From NCBI GenBank assembly GCA_028287505.1, contig JAQBPN010000070.1:3671-67670 (forward strand): a DNA stretch of 64,000 bases, given 5' to 3'. The DNA is from Fibrobacterota bacterium. GTDB lineage: Bacteria; Fibrobacterota; Fibrobacteria; UBA11236. Made by a program: the position numbers and the translations under genes. The notes beneath the pieces are model-generated. The model was not told the DNA's origin, searched no databases, and saw only the letters and a list, made by a program, of their open reading frames with translations. Below are positions 1 to 9,562 of the stretch, in pieces (position 1 is the first letter of the stretch; each line of letters opens with the position of its first letter).

Positions 1-493
1 ACTCGTAGCTCCCTCCGCCGTCCGTCAGGGTGGTATCCACGATGGTGGAGCCGCCTCGTCCGTTGGGCCGGGAAAGTATGACGGTAGCGCCCTTGAGCAC
101 TTCCTTGGTGGCGTCATCCTTCACGTTGCCGATGATGTGGCCGCTCCCCGTTCCGCCGCCGGTGGTGGGAGTCAGGATGATGTTGGCGGCATAGATTCCG
201 TTGGCCTGGACCACGGAAACGTTGGCCGTGTTGGCCTGATAGCCGGTCCTGGATGCGGCCAGGGAATGGAATCCCGTGGCAACGCCGTCGAAGGAATAGG
301 CTCCGCTTGCATCCGTGGTGGTGGTGTCGGCGGAACCGGCTCCGCCGCCTAATCCGGCGATGATCACCCGCACGCCTTCGATGGGAAGGGCTAAAGTCCG
401 GTTGGTGATGACGCCGGTTACCTTGGCCGCATGCAGCGCAACGGCCGGAAGCAGGATTGCGGAAAGGAATAGCGAACGTATGCTTTTGAACAT
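1..493 (-). CDS. Secreted carboxypeptidase-regulatory-like (CnaB/transthyretin-fold) repeat protein, partial (runs off the left edge)
   Basis: Hand translation from ATG 493: MFKSIRSLFLSAILLPAVALHA signal peptide, then two repeats of the pattern VTGVITN..PIEGVRV..TTTDASGAYSF / IIGNVKD..LKGATV..TLTDGGGSYE. Absent from the ORF track because it has no stop codon in the window. Confidence 0.75.
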   Translation of the reverse strand, partial: MFKSIRSLFLSAILLPAVALHAAKVTGVITNRTLALPIEGVRVIIAGLGGGAGSADTTTTDASGAYSFDGVATGFHSLAASRTGYQANTANVSVVQANGIYAANIILTPTTGGGTGSGHIIGNVKDDATKEVLKGATVILSRPNGRGGSTIVDTTLTDGGGSYE

Positions 494-719
494 GGAGGCT
501 CCCCCGAGGGTGTGATGAATGATGACCGCGGCCGGGCACAGGGTTCCGCCGCGTTTTAATCTCGCAGAAAAACTATCCGCGCGAGGCGCCGGAGAAAACC
601 CCGAAGGCAACATGATTGAATGCTTTTTTTGGGGTCATTTTTCCCGGTAGAGCCCGATAGCGTACCAATAGGTACATTATTTGGCTCTGGCGGGTACACC
701 GCAGTGCAAGGAGGATGAT

Positions 720-1193
720 TTGGAATATCTGGAAATCCCCATGTCCAAAAGAAAGAAGATCGCTCTCGTGGCGCACGATCACAAGAAAACGGAGCTGGTG
801 GAATGGGCCAAACGCCATCGGGACGCCTTGGCCACGCATCAGTTGCTGGCTACGGGCACCACGGGCGCGCTGATCGAGAAGGAAACCAGGCTTCCCGTGG
901 AAAAGCTCAGGAGCGGACCCTTGGGCGGAGACCTGGAAATCGGAGCGGCGATCTCGGGAGGCGATATCGACGTGCTGGTTTTCTTCTGGGACCCCCTCGC
1001 CGCGCAACCGCACGACCCCGACGTGCGCGCCCTCTTGCGCATCGCCGTGGTCTGGAACATTCCCGTGGTGAGCAATATGGCCTCGGCCGATTTCCTCTTC
1101 TCATCGCCGTACATGCAAGGCGAGTACAAGCGGCAGGTGCCGGACTATGAGGAACGCAAACGCAAGGAATGGCCCCTGAGGGGCGGTCTTTGA
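720..1193 (+). CDS. mgsA: Methylglyoxal synthase
   Basis: [28 protein letters not shown] and PHDPDV motifs. AAGGAGG lies before TTG 720; alternative start ATG 741. Confidence 0.95.
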   Translation: MEYLEIPMSKRKKIALVAHDHKKTELVEWAKRHRDALATHQLLATGTTGALIEKETRLPVEKLRSGPLGGDLEIGAAISGGDIDVLVFFWDPLAAQPHDPDVRALLRIAVVWNIPVVSNMASADFLFSSPYMQGEYKRQVPDYEERKRKEWPLRGGL

Positions 1194-1217
1194 AGCCGTC
1201 CCTTGGCGGGATGGCCC

Positions 1218-1934
1218 TCAGGCGAAAGCGCTGAAGCCGGTTCCCGGCCTGGCGGCGGGGCGCGAATAGGCCCGCCGCGGATCGCCGGCGCCCGCGGCAT
1301 TCGATTCCGGGCCGCCGTCCTTGCCTTCGGGACTTTCCGCCATCTCCTTCTGGGCCTGGACCGCCATCTGCGCGGCGGCCGCCGCCACGGCGCGATCGGC
1401 GCCGGAAGGGTTGGAGGGCGCCAAAGCGGCCCGCTGCACGGTCGCCGCCTTCTGGAGAGTAGCGCGTGGGTTACCTTTCACGGGGCTCGCGTCGATGTCC
1501 ACGTGGCCGCCCACGGCGTATTGCTTTCCGTCCGGTCCCGCTTTGTATTCGTAACCGGCTCCGCCCTTGGCGTATCCGCCCGCGCCGGCCAGGTGGGCCG
1601 CTTCGTGGGCCTTGACCTCGCGGTCCCGCTTCTCCAGTTCCCGGACCTGCTTTTGCTCATCTTCGTCGAGAGGCTTGCCGTCCGCCTTCTTGGGATCGCC
1701 GGCGGAATCCTTCTGCGCCGATTTTCCCGCCGATTTTTCCATCCCCTGCCTGGACAGTTCCAACTTGGCCGAGGCCTGGTCGAACTTGGCGGCGAAGCAA
1801 GAACAATCGTTCTTGTGGTCGCAGGGAGCCTCGCTTCCTTTTTTTCCGTAAACGGGAATCCGCTCGGAGCCGGGAAGCAGCACTCCCTGGGAGGAGAAGA
1901 CTTGCGCAATTTGCGAGAACATGGAAGACTGCAC
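1218..1934 (-). CDS. SprA-related family protein (putative metalloprotease CJM1_0395 type)
   Basis: RDREVKAHEAAH, GPDGKQYAVGGHV and AALAPSNPSGADRAVA are the family signature. Confidence 0.85.
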   Translation of the reverse strand: MQSSMFSQIAQVFSSQGVLLPGSERIPVYGKKGSEAPCDHKNDCSCFAAKFDQASAKLELSRQGMEKSAGKSAQKDSAGDPKKADGKPLDEDEQKQVRELEKRDREVKAHEAAHLAGAGGYAKGGAGYEYKAGPDGKQYAVGGHVDIDASPVKGNPRATLQKAATVQRAALAPSNPSGADRAVAAAAAQMAVQAQKEMAESPEGKDGGPESNAAGAGDPRRAYSRPAARPGTGFSAFA

Positions 1935-2027
1935 CAGGAAAGAGTGTAGCGGCTGGCGATAGCGGGCATCAAGTGGGCATTTCGTCGGGCCCTAAGAGTC
2001 CTTGCGGGCTTTACCGCGATGTCTCTC

Positions 2028-2192
2028 GTCGGGAGTACAGGCTGCCCTCCTGAGGCCGATGCTTCGCCCTTCGGAGTCGGGGGTCGGGAGTTAAGAAAAA
2101 GAAAAAAAGGAACCCGGAGTCACCAACTGAGCATGGCCTGCATGCCCTCCTTCTTTTTCTCAACTCCCGACCCCCGACTCCCTACTCCCGAC
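2028..2192. repeat. Palindromic element built from GGAGTCG-like heptamers with A/T-rich inner arms
   Basis: ggagtcgggggtcgggagttaagaaaaagaa is near-complementary to ttctttttctcaactcccgacccccgactcc. Outer arms gtcgggagta/tactcccgac. Confidence 0.8.
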
Positions 2193-2264
2193 CAAGGACC
2201 CCTGGGAGCAAACCGCGAAGGTCTTTTGAGTCTTGTCCTTTTGGGGTTTTTCTATCTTTCGGCC

Positions 2265-3992
2265 ATGCTCGTATCCCAATATCTGGTGAAAACCCTCAGA
2301 GAATCGCCTTCCGGGGCGGAATTGCCCAGCCACATCTTCCTGCTGCGCGGCGGTTACATAAAACAATTGGCCTCCGGCCTCTATTCCATCCTGCCCCTGG
2401 GCAAGCGCGTCCTGAACAAGATCGAAGCCGTGATCCGGAACGAGATGGACAAAATCAGCGGCCAGGAAGTGGACCTGCCCCTGGTGCAGCCCGCGGAACT
2501 GTGGATGGAATCCGGACGCTACGGCGCCATCGGCGCGGAACTGCTGCGATTCAAGGATCGCGGCGAGCACCACATGGTTCTGGCCATGACCCACGAAGAA
2601 GCCATCACGGATCTGGCCCGCTACATGCTTTCCTCCTACAAGCAATTGCCTTTCATGATCTGGCAGTTCAAATTGAAATTCCGCGATGAGCCCCGCGCCC
2701 GCGGCGGCCTGGTGCGCGTCCGCGAGTTCATCATGAAGGACGCCTATAGCTTCCACCGCGACGACGCGGACCTGGACGCCTACTACCAGCGCGCCTACCA
2801 AGCCTACGAAAACATCTTCGCCCGCGCGGGTATCAAACCCATCGTGGTCAAATCGGACACGGGCATCATGGGCGGGAAAATCGCCCACGAATTCATGCTC
2901 GAGTCCGGCTATGGCGAAGACTATCTCATCATCTCCCAGGACGGATCCTATTCCGCCAACCAGGAAATCGCCGAGTTCCACCGCGAACATGCGAAGGCGG
3001 CTCCCCTGCCCCTGGAAAAGGTGGCCACTCCGGGCAAGAAAACGATCGAGGACGTATCCGCCTTCATGGGCATTACTGCCGCGGAGACCATGAAAGCGGT
3101 GCTGTTCGAGACCGAACAGGACAAGAAGAAATGCCTGGTGCTCGGCCTCATCCGCGGCGATCTCGACATCAGCGAAGTCAAGCTGCGGAACTACCTGAAG
3201 GTGCCCTGGCTTCTGCCCGCCTCCGAGGAATTCATCCGCTCCTTCGGCGTCGTTCCCGGTTTCGCCTCCCCCATCGGCATCCCCGAGCGCAAGGATCTGC
3301 TGGTGCTTACGGATCTTTCCGTGAGCGAAGGCAACAATCTGGTGGGCGGCGCGAACGAGGAAGGCTTCCATTACAAGCACGTCAACTTCCGCCGGGATTT
3401 CCAATCGCCCCATTGCGGAGACTTCGCCAAGGCCCAGGAAGGTTACCTGGCCCCGGACGGCAAGTCGATCCTGCGCGCCGTGCGCGGCATCGAAATCGGC
3501 AACATCTTCAAGCTCGGGACCAAGTTCACCCAGTCCATGGGCTGCAGCTATCTGGATGAAGAAGGCAAACAGCAGACCCCCACCATGGGCTGTTACGGCA
3601 TCGGCGTGGGACGTTTGATGGCCGCCGCCATCGAGAATTCCCATGATGAGTTCGGCCCCATCTGGCCCAAGGAAATCGCGCCATTCCACGTCCACCTCCT
3701 GAACATCGGCCGCGAGCCCGAAGTCATGGAAACCTGCGCCAAGCTGATGGCGGAATGGGAAGGCCTGGGACTGGAAGTGCTTTTCGACGATAGGGACGAA
3801 CGGCCCGGCGTCAAATTCAAGGACGCGGATCTCTGGGGCATCCCGATCCGGATCGCCGTGGGCAAAAAAGGCCTGGCCGAGGGCGGGCCGCAGGGCGGCC
3901 TTGCCGAGTGGAAACCCCGCAAGGACAAGGATTTCACCAAGGTGCCCGTTGGCGAGCTTGGGAAACGATTGCAAGAGTTCTATTCCACCTAG
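2265..3992 (+). CDS. proS: Proline--tRNA ligase (bacterial type with INS editing domain)
   Basis: THEE, KFRDEPRARGGLVRVREFIMKDAYSF, GIEIGNIFKLG, MGCYGIGVGR and anticodon-binding DDRDERPGVKFKDAD. Confidence 0.97.
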   Translation: MLVSQYLVKTLRESPSGAELPSHIFLLRGGYIKQLASGLYSILPLGKRVLNKIEAVIRNEMDKISGQEVDLPLVQPAELWMESGRYGAIGAELLRFKDRGEHHMVLAMTHEEAITDLARYMLSSYKQLPFMIWQFKLKFRDEPRARGGLVRVREFIMKDAYSFHRDDADLDAYYQRAYQAYENIFARAGIKPIVVKSDTGIMGGKIAHEFMLESGYGEDYLIISQDGSYSANQEIAEFHREHAKAAPLPLEKVATPGKKTIEDVSAFMGITAAETMKAVLFETEQDKKKCLVLGLIRGDLDISEVKLRNYLKVPWLLPASEEFIRSFGVVPGFASPIGIPERKDLLVLTDLSVSEGNNLVGGANEEGFHYKHVNFRRDFQSPHCGDFAKAQEGYLAPDGKSILRAVRGIEIGNIFKLGTKFTQSMGCSYLDEEGKQQTPTMGCYGIGVGRLMAAAIENSHDEFGPIWPKEIAPFHVHLLNIGREPEVMETCAKLMAEWEGLGLEVLFDDRDERPGVKFKDADLWGIPIRIAVGKKGLAEGGPQGGLAEWKPRKDKDFTKVPVGELGKRLQEFYST

Positions 3993-4240
3993 TCCGGGTG
4001 CGCTTGCTCTCCGGCATCGCCTGAGCCCCGTTGTGAACGTGGACTCAGGCCCTGTTCTCAGAATCTGTTCCTTCGAATAAGGAAATTCCCTATGCCCATA
4101 AGGGGTCTTGGGTGGATTTTCCGCCTTTCGATGTGACCGGGCTCACCCCCGGATCCGGAAAAAAAGGCAATAATTGATTGTGGAGATCCGGAAAAATGCG
4201 GTAAAATGGTGCAAATGATAGGCACAAAGGCTTAATAGGA

Positions 4241-5101
4241 ATGCTGCTGAGGTTCTGGGGCGTACGGGGAAGCATACCCACCCCCTCCGAGGAAACCGTT
4301 CGTTTCGGCGGCAATACGTCCTGCCTTTCCGCCGATTTGGGCGGAAATATCGTGATTTTCGATGCGGGTACCGGCATCCGCAATCTCGGCAATACCATCA
4401 TGGAGCGCAAGGATAAGCCGAAATTGGACATGTTCCTGAGCCATGTGCATTGGGACCATATCCAGGGATTCCCTTTTTTCGGACCCGGCTACAAGGACGG
4501 CTATAAAATCGACGTTTATGGCCGGGGCAAGGCGGACAATACCTTGGGAGAAATCCTGGCCGGCCAGATGGAAGGCCCCAACTTTCCCGTTTCCCTCCAT
4601 CAGCTCGGCGCCAAGTTCACCTATTCGGACATCACCCCAGGCCAATCCATCCCCATCAAAAGCGATTCGGGCGATGTTATCGCCAAGGTCACCTGCGCCC
4701 AGGGATGCCATCCCAACGGGGTGCTGGTCTATCGTCTTGACGATTTGCGCAAAGGCACCGCCCTGGTCTATGCCACGGATACCGAGCACTACGCCAACCG
4801 CCTGGATCTCAACATCGGCGATCTGGCCAAGGGCGCGGACCTGCTGATTTACGACGGCATGTACACGCCGGAAGAATACGAGACCAAGTACAAGGGTTGG
4901 GGCCACTCCACCTGGGAAAAAGGCTTCGAGCTGGCCGAATACGCGGGCGTGAAGAAATACGTGGTGTTCCACCACGATCCCAACCACACCGATACTTTCC
5001 TGGAAGGCTATGAAGCCGAGGTCAAAGACCGGTGCCGGGCGAAAAACCCGAAGCTGGACGTGTCCTTCGCCCGTGAAAAGATGGAAATCCCGCTCGGCTG
5101 A
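4241..5101 (+). CDS. MBL-fold metallo-hydrolase (RNase Z/PhnP-like)
   Basis: WGVRGSIP, GGNTSC, DAGTG, SHVHWDH (HxHxDH), TDTE, WGHS and FHHDP. Confidence 0.9.
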   Translation: MLLRFWGVRGSIPTPSEETVRFGGNTSCLSADLGGNIVIFDAGTGIRNLGNTIMERKDKPKLDMFLSHVHWDHIQGFPFFGPGYKDGYKIDVYGRGKADNTLGEILAGQMEGPNFPVSLHQLGAKFTYSDITPGQSIPIKSDSGDVIAKVTCAQGCHPNGVLVYRLDDLRKGTALVYATDTEHYANRLDLNIGDLAKGADLLIYDGMYTPEEYETKYKGWGHSTWEKGFELAEYAGVKKYVVFHHDPNHTDTFLEGYEAEVKDRCRAKNPKLDVSFAREKMEIPLG

Positions 5102-5128
5102 AACCGGGCCCGGAAATCCGCGAGCCGA

Positions 5129-7429
5129 TCAAAACGGCTTCTTGAACTTCTTCCACAACCCATCCAGAAACCCGCCGCCCTTGGGACTGGGGCTTTTCGC
5201 GGAAGGTCCGTTTTGCGCTTCCGCTCCGCCGTTCCCGATGTGACCGGAATGCAATTCCGCCCGGCAGGGAAGCAGGCGCGGGCCTATCCCGGCAACCTTG
5301 AAGTCCTGCGACACCGAATCGCAAAAAGCCTGGGCCAGCTTCCCCGTCAGCTTGCAAATCCTCACATCGGCCACGCCTGGGGGCCTGGGGAAATCCGTTT
5401 CGAACTCTTTGACCTTCATACCCTTGTGCAGACCGCGCATGACGTCCAGCCAGATGGGCATCGCGTCATCGGTGCCCGTGTGGCCGGAACCGAGGGAGGC
5501 ATGGTCGTCCGTGCCCACCCAGATGCCCACGGTGTATCTCTTGGTGAACCCTATGTACCAGGCATCCCGGTAATCGTTGGTAGTGCCGGTCTTGCCGCCG
5601 GACGGATGATAGAAGCCCCCGGCCCAGATGTCCGCCGCCGTCCCGCGGATGTTTACGTCGCGCAGCATACCGCACAGGATCCAGGCGGCCGCCTCTCCCA
5701 TCACTCTCCGGCGCGCCGGCTGGCCCAGGGGAATGGAAGACCCCTTGCGGTCGAGGATGGTTTCCAGAAAGCGCGGCCCCACCCATTCGCCGCCGTCGGG
5801 GAAAACCGAGAATGCCGCCGTCATCTCCAGGGGCGAGGCATCGCAAGCCCCGAGGGCCATGGCCGGTACCGGCCGCAAGGGCCGGGAGATGCCGAAACGG
5901 CGGGCATAGGCGACCACGGAGTCCAGGCCCGCGTCCAAGGCCACCCGGACGGCCGGGATGTTGCGGGACCGGTAGAAGGCCCGGCGCAAGGTCATGGTTC
6001 CTTCGTAATCGTATTCCAGATTGTGGGGCTGCCATTGTTTGGCGGTGTCGTCCGGATCGGGAATGGACAGGGGTTTGTCCGCGACCATGGAACCCGGGCT
6101 GATCCCTTGGTCCACGGCCACGGCGTAGACGATGGGCTTGAAAGCGGAACCCGGCGAGCGGGCCGCCATGGTGGCCCGGTTGTAGTTGGACTCCCGCCAA
6201 TCCAGGCCGCCGGAAAGGGCGCGCACCGCCCCGCCTCCGTTCTCGATGACCACCACGGCCCCCTGGGCCTTATGGTAACGGGCGTGTTCCGGAAACTTGC
6301 GCGCTTCCGGCAGGGTGTCCTTGCGCAGATAGAGGGAATCGAAGCGGGAATAATATTTGTCCCAATGCTTCAGGATCTCCTCCTGCGGTTTCCTGAGCCG
6401 GCCCGGCATGCCCAGATCCAGCATAGTGGCCACGTTCATGCGGCCCTGGATTTCCGCCAGATGCGCCGTCAGGCAGGAATCCGCCAGATCCTGGGCGCGC
6501 CGATCCAGGGTGGTGTAGATCCGCGTTCCCGCGCTGTCCAGGAATCCCTTGCCGAACCGGCCTTCCAGTTCCTTGCGGACGGTCTCCACGAAATATCCAG
6601 CCTCATCCCCGGATAGCTGCGGGAACTCCTTCATGCGCAGCGAGATGGGCTCGGCGAGCGCGGCCTCCATTTGCGGCGCGGTGACGGCATCTATGTTCAA
6701 CATCGATCGCAGGACGATGTTGCGCCTGTGCAGGGCGAGATCCAGATGTCGATCGGGACGCAGGAGTTCCGGCCGCTGCAGCATACCCGCCAGCAAGGCC
6801 TGCTGGGGCAGGGACAGGGAATCCAGAGGGCACGAGAAATACCGTTCCGCCGCGGCCGCGAATCCGTAGGCGCCGGCCCCCAGGTAGACTTCATTCAGGT
6901 AGAACTGGAGGATCTCCCTTTTCGTATAGGTTCCTTCAATCCGCAGCGCTAAGAGGATCTCGCGCAGCTTCCGCGAAATGGATCGCTCGGAACCCAGGAA
7001 CACCAGCTTGGTCAATTGCTGGGTCAGGGTGGATCCTCCCCGCACCCGTTTTCCCGTCATGGCGGGGAGCAGGGAGGCGGGAATGGCCATCAGGTCCACT
7101 CCGCTGTGCCGGAAGAAACCCTGATCCTCTATGGCGAGCACGGCATTGATTTGGCGCTCCGGCACCTTGTCCAACGGAGTCCAGATGCGCCGCTCGGTGT
7201 AGAACTCGCGGATCAGGGTCGAGTCCCTGGCGTACATGCGCGTTATGAGACTGGGAGCCAGGCGCTCCAATTCTTCCAGGGGGGGCAGCGTAAACCAGAA
7301 CCATACCAGGATCAGCGCGAAAAGAAAAACGGGTCCTGCGAAGCAATACCCGAGCACGCGGAACCAATGGCGGAACTCAGGGTCGGCCAATGCCTTCCGA
7401 AGGCGGATACGGGATTCCGTGATGCCCAA
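5129..7429 (-). CDS. Class A penicillin-binding protein (PBP1A family), copy 1
   Basis: N-terminal TM. Transglycosylase motifs EDQGFFRHSG, GGSTLTQQL, RKLRE. Transpeptidase motifs SAFK, SRN, KTGT. Confidence 0.93.
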   Translation of the reverse strand: MGITESRIRLRKALADPEFRHWFRVLGYCFAGPVFLFALILVWFWFTLPPLEELERLAPSLITRMYARDSTLIREFYTERRIWTPLDKVPERQINAVLAIEDQGFFRHSGVDLMAIPASLLPAMTGKRVRGGSTLTQQLTKLVFLGSERSISRKLREILLALRIEGTYTKREILQFYLNEVYLGAGAYGFAAAAERYFSCPLDSLSLPQQALLAGMLQRPELLRPDRHLDLALHRRNIVLRSMLNIDAVTAPQMEAALAEPISLRMKEFPQLSGDEAGYFVETVRKELEGRFGKGFLDSAGTRIYTTLDRRAQDLADSCLTAHLAEIQGRMNVATMLDLGMPGRLRKPQEEILKHWDKYYSRFDSLYLRKDTLPEARKFPEHARYHKAQGAVVVIENGGGAVRALSGGLDWRESNYNRATMAARSPGSAFKPIVYAVAVDQGISPGSMVADKPLSIPDPDDTAKQWQPHNLEYDYEGTMTLRRAFYRSRNIPAVRVALDAGLDSVVAYARRFGISRPLRPVPAMALGACDASPLEMTAAFSVFPDGGEWVGPRFLETILDRKGSSIPLGQPARRRVMGEAAAWILCGMLRDVNIRGTAADIWAGGFYHPSGGKTGTTNDYRDAWYIGFTKRYTVGIWVGTDDHASLGSGHTGTDDAMPIWLDVMRGLHKGMKVKEFETDFPRPPGVADVRICKLTGKLAQAFCDSVSQDFKVAGIGPRLLPCRAELHSGHIGNGGAEAQNGPSAKSPSPKGGGFLDGLWKKFKKPF

Positions 7430-7487
7430 GCTCGTTTCTTTCCGGAAAAAAATCGTCCTGGTTAAACATAGCCAAGTGGGGCCGGTT

Positions 7488-9041
7488 TCAGGCCGAACGG
7501 GCGCCCTTGAAGGCCCCCAAAGTATCCCTTCCCATCAGAACGGGGCGGCTTTTGAGGTTGTGCAGGGCATCCGGTTTCACCGGGATATCCCCCAGGAAAA
7601 TGTGGGCCACCTGGTAGCTGAGATCGCTGAACCCGAAATCGATGGAAGAAATGGAGAAAGGGCGCGACCAGTGGTTGTTGTCGAAGGAAAGCAGGGTGAC
7701 GTCGCCGGGCACCTTCAGCCCCATCTCCCGGAACCACAGGTAGTATTGATGGGCGAAGTAATCGTTGGGCGCCAGGATGGCGGTCACGGGTCCTCCCTGG
7801 GACGCGGACTTTTCCTTGTCGAGCATATCCATCAGGGACGGAATCATCTCCCGCAGGGATTTCCGCCGGCCGCCGGAGAGATTCCCGCGATAGAATTCCA
7901 GCCAGGCCGGAAAGTCCTCGGGGCCCAGCCAGGGTTTGGGATGCCAGAACCCTTCATGATGCTCGTTTTCCACGATGGTCAACCCCGGTTGGTACGCCGC
8001 CGCGCGTTCCTTGAGAACCGCGGAACGATGCATGATCCAGGGGAACTCCGGGGAGCGGAAAATCGGGAAGCCGATGCGGGTGTGCCCAAGGCCCGCCAAA
8101 GTGTCCAGGGCCATGGTGACCGCGGCGTCCTCATCCTTGAGGCAGCGGAACAGACGGGATCCTCCGGGGATGGAGCGCATGTCCAAATCCTTCACCAGGC
8201 ATTCCAGGTCCAGCCAGACCACCGGTCGCTTGAAGCGGCCCAACCAGGACAACAACCCGGGCTCCGCATCGCGGGCGATGTACATGGCGCCCTGATACCT
8301 GTCGCCCAGGGATTGGATCAGGGCCTGGATGCGCGGCCTGCCGGAGGCGAAGAACCCGGAATCCGAAGGGGTGACGGTGGCGAGCTGGGTTTCCATGCCC
8401 ATGCGTTCGATTTCCAGATAGAAGTTCTGGACGAATTTCCCCGAATGCTCCTGATGATAGACCTGTTCCCAGAACGGATAGTCCGGCACCAGCAACAGGA
8501 TGGCCGGAGCGTTGCGGGGAGTGCGGTGGGAATGGCCGAGAGCGTTGTGCCTGGAAGCCTCGGCGCCGCCGGCCAGCCAGCTCTTGCCGTGTTTGCGGAT
8601 CAGGGTTTCGCCTTCCAGCAGCTTGAAGGAGGCGCACACCGTATCCGGAGAAACGCCTTCCTGGGAGGAAATGAATCCGACCTTGGGAAGCGCCTGGCCC
8701 ACCCGGTAGGTTCCGTCCAGGATGCGGTCCCGTAACTTCGCGGTTAAGGTATCCAAGGAGTTACCTTGGGAAGGTTGGGATCGGTCTGCGCCTCCGCCCG
8801 TCCAGAAAGTGCCCTTGCCGCGGAAGCTTTCGATCAGGCCGGCTTCCCGGAGGGAATCCAGGGCCTTCTGCATCGTCGCCTTGGACACGCCGGCGTCCCG
8901 CGCCAGCGATTGGATGGAATCCAAACGGCCGTCTGGAAAGGAGTCCTTGCGTTCCCGCAAGCCTTCCGCCAACGCCTCGAACAAACGTTTGCCGCCTCTA
9001 ATCTGGGCCATGATTGCGTCCTCTTCCCCCCACGCCATCAT
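7488..9041 (-). CDS. Transcriptional regulator with two GntR-type wHTH domains plus a LacI-type substrate-binding domain
   Basis: HTH1 RLDSIQSLARDAGVSKATMQKAL..GKGTF. HTH2 ILDGTYRVGQALP..GVSPDTV. C-terminal TAILAPNDYFA, KVPGDVTLLSFDN. Start could be 9041, 9038 or 9011. Confidence 0.85.
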   Translation of the reverse strand: MMAWGEEDAIMAQIRGGKRLFEALAEGLRERKDSFPDGRLDSIQSLARDAGVSKATMQKALDSLREAGLIESFRGKGTFWTGGGADRSQPSQGNSLDTLTAKLRDRILDGTYRVGQALPKVGFISSQEGVSPDTVCASFKLLEGETLIRKHGKSWLAGGAEASRHNALGHSHRTPRNAPAILLLVPDYPFWEQVYHQEHSGKFVQNFYLEIERMGMETQLATVTPSDSGFFASGRPRIQALIQSLGDRYQGAMYIARDAEPGLLSWLGRFKRPVVWLDLECLVKDLDMRSIPGGSRLFRCLKDEDAAVTMALDTLAGLGHTRIGFPIFRSPEFPWIMHRSAVLKERAAAYQPGLTIVENEHHEGFWHPKPWLGPEDFPAWLEFYRGNLSGGRRKSLREMIPSLMDMLDKEKSASQGGPVTAILAPNDYFAHQYYLWFREMGLKVPGDVTLLSFDNNHWSRPFSISSIDFGFSDLSYQVAHIFLGDIPVKPDALHNLKSRPVLMGRDTLGAFKGARSA

Positions 9042-9313
9042 GTTCGAATATACCTGGGATAATATAAGAACGGAAACCCGTCATCGAAGGGGGATTCCTC
9101 CTTATCTTGGATAAGGAAGGAGCGCGATTCCTCGCAAAGAATTTCCAGTTGAGTTACTTGGGGCGCGGCGGGCCGGATCAGGCCGGCTCGCCGCGGCCCC
9201 GACATGAAGGACTCCCGGAGGCGGCATTTCTCCCCCACCACCCACGCCGACGGGAATTCCCTCCAATCCCATCGGCGGTGTACCCCTCCTTAGCCGCCGA
9301 TGGGTTGGAGCTT

Positions 9314-9553
9314 TTGCTCCGCCGCGCATGGACTGGATAACTGCCCGCCAACGTCATCATGTGGTTCACAACCGCTCACAAGCTTGCTCGCTCCCGGCTC
9401 ACATGCCTTTGGGGCATGTTCGCTGCCCTCGTCGCAGAACACGCGGGTCCGCCAAGGCGAACCCGGTACAGCTCCTCGGGCGGTTTAGTTGGCGGGGACG
9501 CATCGCTGTTACCGGCTCTCTGCCAGTTCTCCAGTCCATGCGCGACGGAGCAA
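9314..9553 (-). repeat. 240-bp fold-back element with 30-bp terminal inverted arms (MITE-like or structured RNA)
   Basis: 9314-9343 versus 9524-9553 match at 28/30 positions as inverted repeats. Nested cccgccaac/gttggcggg and two inner hairpins. Confidence 0.75.
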
Positions 9554-9562
9554 CCTTCTTTT

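Noticed and set aside
589..646. GGAGA...CCGAAGG resembling a glycine riboswitch upstream of mgsA
   Set aside because: No CTCTCAGG or second aptamer; it folds as a simple imperfect hairpin.
2160..3974. 604-aa antisense ORF over proS, and similar long shadow ORFs (47125-49833, 22594-24102, 29879-31684, 37788-39284, 58408-59706)
   Set aside because: Mirror frames of well-identified genes. High GC3 removes antisense stop codons, and the translations carry no motifs.
9344..9496. Integron attC site
   Set aside because: R-box-like ends are present, but there are no proper L boxes or spacing, no cassette array and no intI in the window.
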